DNA of 64,000 nucleotides from the human T2T-CHM13v2.0 reference genome, Homo sapiens: the NCBI RefSeq assembly GCF_009914755.1, contig NC_060937.1. One strand, given 5' to 3'. The notes beneath the pieces are model-generated. The model saw only the letters and a list, made by a program, of their open reading frames with translations, did no database searches and was not told the origin of the DNA. This document shows, one piece after another, positions 44,261 through 56,600 of the stretch; positions within the stretch are counted from its first letter, which is position 1; the number at the start of each line of letters is the position of its first letter. The translations under genes and the position numbers were made by a program.

Positions 44261-47200
44261 ATGGAATGGAATGGAATAGAATGGATTCGAATGGAATGGA
44301 ATGGAATGGAATGGACTCGAATGGAATGGAATCAAATGAAATGGAATCTAATGAAATGTAATCGAATGGAATGGACTCGAATGGAATGGAATGGAATCAA
44401 AAGGAATGGAAATGGAATGGACTCAAATGGAATGGACTGGAATGGAAGGCAATCGAATGGAATGGAATCGAATGGAATGGAATCAAATGTAATGGACTGG
44501 AATGGAATGGATTCAAATGGAATGGACAGTAATGGAATGGTCCCGAAAGGAATGGAATGGAATGGAATGGAACGGACTCGAATGAAATGGCCTGGAATGG
44601 AATGGACTTGAATGGAATGGACTCGAGTGAAATGGAATCAAATGGAATGGAATAGAATTTAATGGAATGGAATGGAATGGATTGGAATGGAAAGGAATTG
44701 AATCGAATCAAATGTTAAGGAATCAAATGGAAGGAAACGGAATGGAATGGAATGGATTCGAAGGGAATGGAATGGAATGGAATACAATGGAATGGAATGA
44801 CATGGAATGGAATGGAATGGATTCGAAAGGAATGGAATGGAATAGACTCAAAAGGAATGGACTCAAAAGGAATGGACTGGAATGGCATGGAATCAAATGG
44901 AATGGAATGGAATTGAATGCAATGGAATGGAATGGAATGGACTCGAATGGAATGGAATGGAAAGGAATGGAATGGACTGGAATGAAATGGAATTGAATGG
45001 AATGGAATGGACAGGAATGGAATGGACTCAAATGGAATGGAATCGAAAGGAATGGAATTGAATGGAATGGAATAGAATGGAATGGAATAGACTCGAAGGT
45101 AATGGACTGGAATGGAATGGACTTGAATGGAATGGACTCGAATGGAATGGAAACGAATGGAATGGAATCTAATTGAATGGAATCGAATGGAATGCAAACG
45201 AATGGAATGGAATCAAATGAAAGGGAATCAATTGGAATGGACTCGAATGGAATGGACTCGAATGTAATGGACTGGACTGGAATGGTATGGAATGGAATTC
45301 AAAGCAATGGAATGAAATGGAATGGATCCGAATGGAATGGACTGGAATGGACTGGACTGGAATGGACTGGAATGGAAAGGAATGGAATGGAAGGGAATGC
45401 ATTGGACTCGAATGTAATGGAATTGCAAAGAATGGAATGGAATGGAATGGAATGGAATAGAATCAAACGGAATGGAATAGAATGGAATGGATAGGAATTG
45501 AATTGAATGGAATGGCATGGAATGGAATCAAATGGAATGGAATGGAATGAATTCGAACGGAATGGAATGGAATGGACTTGAAAGGAATGGACTGGAATGG
45601 AATGGAATGGATTCAAATTTAATGGAATGGAATAGAATGGAATGGAATGGATTCGAATTTAATGGAATGGAATGGAATGGATTGGAATGGAATTGATTTG
45701 AATGGAATGGAATCGAATGGACTGGAATGGAATGGAATGGAATCGAGTGGAATGGCATAAAATGCACTAGAATCTAATGGAATGGAATGGATTAAAATGG
45801 AATGGAATGGACTCGAATGGAATGGACTAGAATGGAATGGACTCGAAAGGAAGAGGAATCGAACGGAATGGAATAGAACAGAATGGAATCGAATCGGATG
45901 GCATGCAATCAGATGGCATGCAATTGGATGGAACGGATTAGAATGGAATGGAATGCAATCGAAATTGAATGGAATGGACTGGAATGGAAAGGACTCGCAT
46001 GGAATGGACTCGCATGGAATGGAATGGAATGGAAAGGAAAGGAAAGGAAAGCAATGGAATAGAATGGTACGGACTTGAATGGAACGGACTCGAATGGAAC
46101 AGACTTGAATGGAATGGACTCGAATGGGGTGGAATCAAATGGGATGGAATCAAATGGAACGGACTGCAATGCAATGGACTTGAAAGGAATCGCCTCGAAT
46201 GGAATGGAATGGTATGGAATGGAATAGAGTGGATTGTACTCGAATGTAATCGACCGGAATGGAATGGAATTCAATGAAATGGACTTGAATGGAATGCAAT
46301 CGAATGGAATGGAATGGTATGGAATGGAATGGAATGTAATTCAATGTACTCGAATGGAATGTAATCGAATGGTATGCATTCGAATGGAATGTAATCCAAT
46401 GGAATGGAATTGGATGGAATGGACTGTAGTGGAATGGACTGGAATGGAATGGACTCAAAGGGAATGGATTGGAATGATATGGACTTGAATGGAATGGACT
46501 CGAAAGGAATGGAATCGAATGAAATGGAATTGAATGGAATGGAATTGAATGGAAGGGATTTGAACCGAAAGGAATGGAATTGAATGGAATGGAATGGAAT
46601 GCCATGGAATGGAATCGAATGGAATGGAATCGAATGGAATGGAATCGAATGGAATGGAATCGAATGGAATGGAATCGAATGGAGTGTAATAGTACAGTCT
46701 CGAATGGAATCTAATCGAATGGAATGGAAAGGAATGGAATGGAACCGAATGGAATGGACTGGAATGGAATGGAATCGAATGGAATGGACTCAAAGGGAAT
46801 GAAATGGAATGGAATGGACACGAATGGAATGGATTCGAATATAATGGATGCAAATGGAATGGATTCAATTGGATGGACTCAAATGGAATGCAATCGAATG
46901 GAATGGAATCAAACGGGATGGAATCAAATGGAATAGAATCGAATGGAATGGAATCGAATGGAATGGACTGGAATGGAATGGACTTGATTGGAATGGACTC
47001 GAATGGAATGGACTCGAAAGGAAATGAATCGAATGGAATGGAATAGAATGGAATGGAATCTATTCTAATGGAATGGAATTGAATGGAATACAATCGAATG
47101 GAATACAATGGAATGGAATGGAATGGAATAGACTGGAACGGACTTGAATGGAATGGAATCTTCTTGAATGGAATGGATTGGAAGCGACTGGAATGGACTT

Positions 47201-47750
47201 GAATGGAATGGAATCTTCTGGAATGGAATGAAATGGATTTGATTGGAGTGGACTGGAATGGAGTGGACTAGAATGGAATGAACCCAAAAAGAAAGGAATC
47301 GAATGGAATGGAATAGAATTGAATGCAATGGAATGGAATGGAATACAATCAAATGGAATGGAATCGAGTGGAATGGAATCGAGTGGAATGGAATCGAGTG
47401 GAATGGAATGGAATGGAATCGAATACAGTAGACTGGAATGGAATGGACTCGAATGGATTGGACTGGAATGGAATGAACTCGAATGGAATGCAATCGAATG
47501 GAATGCAATCGAATGGAATGCAATCGAATGGAATGCAATCGAATGGAATGCAATCGAATGGAATGCAATCGAATGGAATTAAATCGAATGGAATGGATTG
47601 GAATGGAATGGAATCGAATATAATGGAATGGAACATAATGGAATCAAATGTAATGGACTCGAATGCAATTCAGTGGAATCGAATGGCCTCGAATGGAATG
47701 AACTTGAACGGAATGGAGTCTAATGTAATGGAATCGAATGCAATGGAATC
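44261..47750 (+). repeat. Diverged classical human satellite (HSat3/HSat2-type (GGAAT)n), Alu-free
   Basis: GGAAT pentamers with frequent GGACTCGAAT and GGAATCGAAT variants; GGAGT is nearly absent and there are no Alu cassettes. Confidence 0.93.
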
Positions 47751-47781
47751 ATATATATATATATGTACACACACACACACC
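47751..47781. repeat. (AT)n(AC)n microsatellite at the satellite/L1 junction
   Basis: atatatatatatatgtacacacacacacac. Confidence 0.9.
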
Positions 47782-48251
47782 GAGTACATGCCCAGTAGTG
47801 GGATTACTGGCTCAAATGGTATTTCCGTTTCTAGATCCTTGAGGAATCACCAGACTGCCTTCCGCAATGGTTGAACTAATTCACACTCCCACCAACAGTG
47901 TAAAAGCATTCCTATTTCTCCACATCTGCTCCAGCATCTGTTGTTTCCTGAGCTTTTAACAATTGCCATTCTAAATGGCATGAGATTGTATCTCATTGTG
48001 GTTTTGATTTGCATTTCTCTAATGATCAGTGATGATGAGCTTTTTTTCAGATGTTTGCTGGCTGCATAAATGTATTCTTTTGAGAAGTGTCTGTTCATAT
48101 CCTTTGCCCACTTTTTGATGAGATTGTTTGTTCTTTTCTTGTAAATTTGTTAAAGTTCCTTGTAGATTCTAGATATTAGGCCTTTGTCAGATGGACAGAT
48201 TGCAAACATTTCCTCCCATTCTGTAGGTTGCCTGTTCACTCTGATCATAGT
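47782..48251 (-). mobile_element. L1PA (older than the left-hand L1), ORF2 3' segment; 3'UTR missing
   Basis: ORF 47847-48098 reads MNRHFSKE...[11 protein letters not shown]...[19 protein letters not shown]. Confidence 0.93.
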
Positions 48252-49285
48252 ATTGGAAGTTCTGGCCAGGGTAATCGGCAAGAGAAAGAAATAAATGGTA
48301 TTCAAATAGGAAGAAAGGAAGTCGAGTTGTCTCTGTTTGTAGATGACATGATTGTATATTTAGAAAACCAAATCGTCTCAGCCCCAAATCTCCTTCAGCT
48401 GATAAGCAACTTCCTCATAGTCTCAGGATACAAAGTCAATGTGCAAAATTCACAAGCCTTCCTATACACCAGTAATAGAGCACTAAATCATGAGTGAACT
48501 CCCATACACAATTGCTACAAAGAGAATAAAATAACAAGGAATACAACTCACAAGGGATTTGAAGGACCTCTTTAAGGAGAACTACAAACCACCACTCAAG
48601 GAAATAAGAGGACACAAACAAATGGAAAAGCATTCCATGCTTATGGATAGGAAGAATCAATATCTTGAAAATGGCCATACTGCCCAAAGTAATTTGTAGG
48701 TTCAATGCTATACCCATCAAGCTATCATTGACTTTCTTCACATAATTAGAAAAAACTACTTTAAATTTCATATGGAACCAAAAAAAGAGCCCACATAGCC
48801 AAGACAATCCTAAGCAAAAAGAACAAAGCTAGAGGCATCATGCTACCTGACTTCAAACTATACTACTAGGCCACAGTAATGAAAACAGTATGGTACTGGT
48901 ACCAAAAGAGATATATAGACCAATGCAACAGAACAGAGGCCTCATAAATAATGCCATACATCTACACCATCTGATCTTTGACAAACCTGACAAAAGCAAT
49001 GGGGAAAGGATTCCCTATTTAATAAATGGTGTTGGGAAAACTGGCTAGCCTTATGCAGGAAACTGAAACTGGACCCCTTCCTTACATTTTATACAAAAAT
49101 TAACTCAAGATGCACTAAAGACTTAAAAGTCAGTTCTAAATGTGTAAAAACCCTGGATGAAAACCTAGGCAGTGCCATTCAGGACATAGGCATGGGCAAA
49201 TACTTCATGACTAAAACACCAAAAGCAATGGCAACAAAAGCCAAAATTGACAAATGGGATCTAATTAAACTAAAGAACTTGTGTG
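48247..49285 (+). mobile_element. Inverted L1 ORF2 segment of the same element
   Basis: Sense L1 from 'catagtattggaagttctggccagg' ([12 protein letters not shown]) to 'gatctaattaaactaaagaactt'. Confidence 0.93.
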
Positions 49286-51659
49286 CAGTTTTATTTGGGA
49301 GTGTGCGTGGGGTACCTCTGAGTTTTAAAAATGAAGAAAGTAAGTAGTCGTGCTTTTCTGACTCTTTGGTAGACATAGCCTTTTAAGACAGTCATTCTGA
49401 GCTGTTATGGTCTTAGGGTTTTCTGTACTACTAAAACTTATTGACGACATCTAACCAACGTGAATTAAATTTTTTTTTAAAAAAGAAAATCACCCAAATA
49501 CACATTAAAAACCTCTTACAACATATGTGCACATTCATAGATACCCTGTAGAACTTGATTTTGTGTATTAAAACCTTGTAGAAAAGTTCAGACAGTGCAC
49601 ACAATGACTGCAACTTGGTCTTTGCAAAATCAGTGATATATATTTCAGATCTATCCACACTGACCCAGCGAGGTGTTTGATTTATTGTATGATCTAATGA
49701 TATGCCATGTGATGACTGCAGCATATTTAATTATGCTTTTTTCATGCTGATACCATATGGTCATAAATATGATGACATACCAGCATAGATATGCTTATGT
49801 GGTTGCTTTTATTGATTTATACTATATTAGAAATGAAACAGAAGTATTAGAAATCCTAGCAAGCATAGCTGTATCTCTCCCATGGCTGTGTTGATTGCAA
49901 CTGTTTCCCCCTTAAAGTATGTCTTTTTGACATGTCATGACCCTGAGAAAATCCAGTGTATGCTTTTCAGAGAATGACAGTAAGGAGAGGAAATGGCTGA
50001 TGGTCAAAGTGTTACTTGTTCTCTTGGCTCCCCCTCATGAATGTTAAACTCTAAACTACTCAGGTCACAATTTAGAACCCCTTTGTTGATCCCCACAGAG
50101 TGTTCCCGGATGTCAAATGACAAATAGGCCCTTGAAGAAAAAACACCCTGTAAAGCCATATTGCTCTGGTTTTTGTGTGTGAATGTGTGTGTGTGTGTGT
50201 ATCTGTGCGTATTTTTTTCTCTTCTGAAAACTGTTAATAGAATAATTTTCATTACAAACGAAAATATTTCTGTTCCACATTTATTTCCTGTCTCATAGCA
50301 CTCTGCTCTTCTTGGATCTAGTAAGGATCTCAGCATTACTTATTTATACATGCAAAAAATTACATCATTCTTCATTTTTCATGTCAATTACTGACATGTT
50401 TTCAAGTCTTCACAAGTTATTTCTGAAGATGTTGGTTCATTGAGGAGAGGCAGTGTCATTGTAGTTAAAGAAGTTTTTAAATAGGTTATGTTCAATAACA
50501 TTTCAGAGCCTGTTTCTCTGGAAGGCATAGACATAGTGGTTTTATGCGTAGTTAAACATAAAATAGCTCCACAAAGTCTTTTGTACGTGAAAGTGTTCAT
50601 ATCCTGGAAGATTCTAATTTACTACTCAGTACTGTCTCCTGGAGAGGAAAATAGGTAAGATAGGCTGCTGAGCCTATGATAATAACTCATGATATGAGGT
50701 GAAAGTATAGAGCCAAAATGAGAGATGATACTCAAACCGATGTGAGTGAAGAACAGCTGTGAAAGTGTCTATGGGAGAGAGAAGGCCATGGCGCTGCTTT
50801 TGTGAAGAAGGAATTTGTACACGTTAGTCAAGTGTCTGATACATTTAACATTTTAGTAAAGCAAAACCTTATCTTCACATGTGTCAGAATGGGATTGTAC
50901 AGATGTCAGAATACAGTAGTGGTGAGAATAATGAAGAAATGAAAGTGGAGGGCAACGAATGAAGTCCACCAATATGGATATTAGATTTATGAATGAAAAA
51001 GAGTGTATGTCAAACTGGGCAGAACAAAGAAAGCAGCTAGCTAGGTAATTTGGAGTCTTCTGATGAGGAGACTTGTGGGGAGTCACTTAATGGAAAGCAG
51101 AAGTTAGAAGGATGAGGGTGACCCCCAGGGTTTCACTTCTTCTCCCTAGAAGTTTTGCACATCAATGATATGTGCTTCGTTCACGTCAGTTAGCATATTG
51201 GGATGCAGCTTAATCTAGAAAAAGTTTTTTCTTTAGGAAAGCTGTGCTTGCTGAAGTAGTTATTTCATACCTGAGAGACCCCTATGGTATATTATTTCAA
51301 ACTAGCTTTAGAAACAAAGTAGTAAAAGAATGTATATCTTGAGTACTAAAAAAAAACTACCAATATTCTTGGCAATCATGACATATCTATATATAGATAT
51401 ATATCTATATATAGATATAGTACATATGTATATGTATATATTTGGTTGGTTATTAATAAGAAAAGAAGTCTTGTGATTTAGAGATTTTGTTTACCTTATT
51501 TACATGGGAATCTGATTATGCATGATTTCTTTGACATGTATGTTTTTGCAAAAGTGGAAAAAGATGGCAAAAGAGTTGAACTGCTAAATACGGGAAATGT
51601 AGGAATATTAGGAGCCTTCATGAGTACAAAGAAAATGATTTTTTAAATTATGACTCTAA

Positions 51660-54600
51660 GTATAACTGAACTCACTTCAGATGCATTTAGAATATTTGCA
51701 TAAAAGATGATTTGATTTTGGCTGCTCCAGAAACTACTGGAAGAAGGAAAGAGTTACTAGAATTCAGATAAACCACAATGACTCGTTACTTCTCTTTGTT
51801 ACTATTGGGAATCAGAGACATAGATTTTGTTGATATTAGTCATTCAAATGAAATAAGCATGAATGTGCATACATTGGCTTTGTTTTCCAAGGAGCTAACT
51901 TTTGGATACAATAGCAATTTAATGAAAATTCCTTAGAGAATAACATGATACTTCAAACCAGACTATTTTAGAAACAAGAATAATGTTGAATTAATTAATT
52001 GATTCATAAAATGGTTATCTTCAATGAATATTGGAGTCATTCCCAAATGTGAAAGCTTATTAATATCTAATGCTTGTAGCAGTTTTATTTTGTAGAAATA
52101 TGTCAATATTGATAAGTGATGATACTTTTTATTGAGGTTTACATATTATACCTTATTGCCGTGAGTGGATGAAAAAACTTTCAGAAGGCTGAACTAGAGA
52201 ACACAAGAAACTTGGGCAATAATTACACCACGTGAGTCTGAGAAATAATGAATACTGTCTACTAGGATTCACCAAACATATATCCAAGCTGATCAATTTA
52301 GGACAGTTCCACTGAGGAGATGTGAAGTGTACATTCAGCTGAAGAGTCATCGTAATTGTGTACCTTCTCAGTTATTGGGCAAGTTAAAGAGCATGATGAA
52401 TGGTTGTAGTATAATAGTGTATTTACTTCTCATCTCTTGCACTAAAGACATGTGAGAGCACGTACCACCTGCTTTGACATTGATTCCCAGGTGCATGAGT
52501 TGCTCCTCTGTTTTTAGACCACATTTGTTTTTATCCCTCCGCATATCCACATTGATACTGACACTGTTTCATTTTAGTTTTAGACATATGACAAATCATA
52601 TCGCGTTTGAAATTGTAAGTGTATATTTCATGAAGCCTGTATTGGTGTTTTCTTCAGTGTGTTTCTGTCATATTCCAGTCCCAAGACACAAAGTATAAAA
52701 CATAAAAACCTAAACTAATAGGGGCAGGAGGATACAGCTTGATGGTAACAGTGCATTAATGTATGGATAATTTTATCATATTTACATATGACTGATTATG
52801 TATCCCTTTTGCTTTTCAGTGTCTTCTCAGAAACAAGCAGCCTTGAAGGTAATTACACATTCATTTCTGTTTTGAACTATTAACTATATAGTCTGTGAAA
52901 TATACTTTATGTATTGATTATTTTGTTTCAAATCCCATTCAGGCTACAAGTGACAAGAAAGATTCTGTTTCGAATATAGCCACAGAAATAAAGGATGGAC
53001 AAAACTCTGGGACAGGTAATTTTGCAATACACATTTAATGTCATGTTCACTTAGGGTAGAAGAGAACTTCTCTTCCCTGAATAAATCGCAGGGGGCTCAT
53101 TGAATCTGCACATTCTGATTCAGCAGGCCTGAGATCCTGCTTTTGTAATAAGTTCTCGGGTGACGCTGATGCTGCTGGTCCTTGGCCATGATCTGAGTAG
53201 TAAGATTATATTCTTCCCCACAGTGAAATTGGCAAGAACGATTGGAGAGCAGTGCAAGATATAACAGGTTAAGGGACAGCATATTCTTGCTTTAATTCTA
53301 CAGCATGTTTCCATCGTAAAGGGAAGGAGAACGAGATTAACTAATAAAAATTATAGGCGTCAGATCATATTGTTAAAACCACATGGAAGAAGTGATTGGA
53401 ATAACCCATAAACAATGTAGAAACAGAACTAAGGAGACGTCTGATGTGGTAATTATTTTACTCAAGGAAGAAGGATTGAGAGGCAAGAAGGAGGGAAAAG
53501 AAGATGTTATTTATGTAATTTTGGGGTTTCTGCTGCAGAAACCTGATGGGACTCACTTCAGATGCATTTGGAATATTTGCATAAAAGAAGATTAAATTTT
53601 GGCTGCTCCAGGAACTACTGGAAGCAGGATAGAGTGCTAGAATTGTGATGACCCACAGTGACTCATTACCCCTCTTTGTTACTATTGGGCATCAGAGATA
53701 TATGTTTTGTTGGTATTAGCTATTCAAATAGGATAATCATGAATATGCATACATTGGCTTTGTTTTTCAAGGAACTAACTTTTGGATAAAATAGCAATTT
53801 AATGAAAATACTTTAGAGAATAACACGATCCTTCAAACCAGACTATTTTAGAAACAAAATAATGTTGAATTCATTAATTGACTCCTAAAGTGGTTATTTT
53901 CAATGAATATCAGAGCAATTTCCAAATGGAAAAGCTTATTCATATCTAATGTTTTTAGTAACTTTATTTTGTATCAGTATGCCAAATTTGATGTTTTATT
54001 ATACTTTTTGATGAGGTTTATATATTATACCTTCTTGCCATGAGTGGATGAAGAAACTTTCTGAAGGCTAAACTAGAGGATACGAGAAATGCAGGCACAT
54101 TATGACACCACAGGGGTGTGAGAAATAAGGAATATTATATGCTGGGATTCACCAAACATATATTTAAGCTGATCAATTAGGGACACTTCCACAGAACACT
54201 TGAGAAGTGTACATTCAGCTAAAGTGCCATTGTCATTGTGTACCTGCTCAATTGTCAGTCAAGTTTAAGAGCGTGATAAATATTTGTAGTATAATGGTAT
54301 AAATCCCTCTGATGACTTACATGAAAAACATGCAGGAGCATTAATCACCTGCTTTGACATTGATTCCCAAGCGTATGAGTTGCTGCTCTGATTTTAGATC
54401 ACATTTGTCCTCATCACTTGGCATATCCACATTGATATAGACACTGTTTTATTGTAGTAATAGACATATGAAGAATAACATCACATATGAAATTGGAAGT
54501 GTTTGTTCCGTGAAGACTATACTTCTGTTTTCTACAGTGTAATTCTGTCATGTTCCTGTCCCAATACACAAAGTAGAAAACATCAAAGCCTATGCTAATT

Positions 54601-56210
54601 CAGGCAGGAGGATACAGCTTGATGCTAACACTGCATGAAGGTATGGATAACTTTATCATATTTACATATGAGTGATTATGTATCCCTTTTGGTTTTCAGT
54701 GTCTTCTCAGAAACAACCGGCCTTGAAGGTATTACACTCTTCATTCATATTTTGAATTATTAACTGTATAGTCTATGAAATATACTGTATGTATTGATTA
54801 TTTTGTTTGAAATCCCATTCAGGATACAAGTGACAAGAAAGATTCTGTTTTGAACATAGCCACAGAAATAAAAGATGAACAAAAATCTGGGACAGGTAAT
54901 TTTGCAATACACATTTAATGTCATGTTCTCTCAAGATAGAGGAGAACTTCCCTTCCCCGAATAAATCAGCAGGGGGCTCATTGAAGCTGCTCTTTCTGAT
55001 TCAGCGGGCCTGAGATTCTGCATTTGTAATAAGTTCTGGAGTGATGGTGATTCTGCTGATTTTTGGCCATGATCTGAGTAGTAAGATTATAGACTTCCCT
55101 ACATTGAAATTGGGAAGAAGAACCACTGGAGAGCAGTTCAAGACATAACAGGCTGAGGGGACAGCATAATTGTGCTTTAATTCTACAGCATGTTTCCATC
55201 AAGAGGGGAAGGAGAACAAGATGAAGTACTAGAAATTATAGGCGCCAGATCACATTGCTAAAACCAGAGGGAGGAAGTGATCGTAATAAGCCATAAACAC
55301 TATAGAAGGAGAAGTAACGAGACCGCTGATGTAGTAATCATTTTCCTCAGGGAAGAGGGATTGTGAGGCAGGAAGAAGGGAAAAGAAGTTATTTATTTAA
55401 TTTTAGGGTTTGTACTGAGGAAACCTGAGGGAACTCACGTCAGATGCATTTAGAATGTTTGCATAAAGGAAGATTTGATTTTGGCTGCTCCAGGAACTAC
55501 TGGAAGGAGGATAGAGTGCCAGAATTGTGATAAACCACAGTCACCTGTTACCCCTCTTTGTTATTATTGGGCATCAGAGATATATGTTTTGTTGTTATCA
55601 GTTAGTCAAATGAGATAAATATAAATATGCATACACTGGCTTTGTTGTTCAGAGAGCTAACTTTTGGATAAAATAGCAATTTAATGAAAATACTTTAGAG
55701 AATAAAATGATCCTTCAAACCAGACTTATTTTAGAAACAAAAATAATGTTAAATTCTTTAATTGACTCCTAAAATATTTATTTTTAATGAATATTGGAGT
55801 GATTTCCAAATGAACAACCTTACTCATATCTAATGCTTGTAGCAACTTTATTGCATGTAAGTATATCAAATTTGATAATTTTTTATACATTTTGATTAGG
55901 TTTGTATATTATACCTTGTTCCCATGAGTGACTGACAAAACTTTCTGAAGGTTAAACCAGAAAATACAAAAGTGTAGGCTCATTATTATACCACATGGGT
56001 ATGAAAAATAATGAATACCATATAATAGGATTCACCAAACAGATATCCAAGCTGACCAATTCGGGACACTTCCACTGAGGAGCTTTGTACATTCATCTAA
56101 AGTGTTATTGTCATTGTGCACCTGCTCAATTGTCAGGCAAGTCAAAGAGCATGATGAATATTTGTAGTATAATGGTTTAAACCCTTCTGATGTCTTGTAT
56201 GAAAGACATG
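51660..56210 (+). repeat. ~1.88-kb ANKRD36-type tandem repeat, about 2.4 copies
   Basis: 'actcacttcagatgcattt' recurs at ~51670, ~53551 and ~55433; the exon pairs are offset by exactly 1880 bp (52820/54700 and 52943/54823). Confidence 0.93.

Positions 56211-56600
<390 letters not shown>

Noticed and set aside
20992-47750. D4Z4/DUX4-like, rDNA or alpha-satellite sequence, often found near beta satellite
   Set aside because: No GC-rich D4Z4 unit, homeobox ORF, rRNA sequence or 171-bp monomer was seen.
36339-47874. Long ORFs (up to 637 aa) of HSIPFHSTPL or MEWNGVEWS type
   Set aside because: They are translations of CATTC/CACTC and GGAAT/GGAGT pentamers, which contain no stop codon in any frame, so overlapping ORFs appear in all frames.
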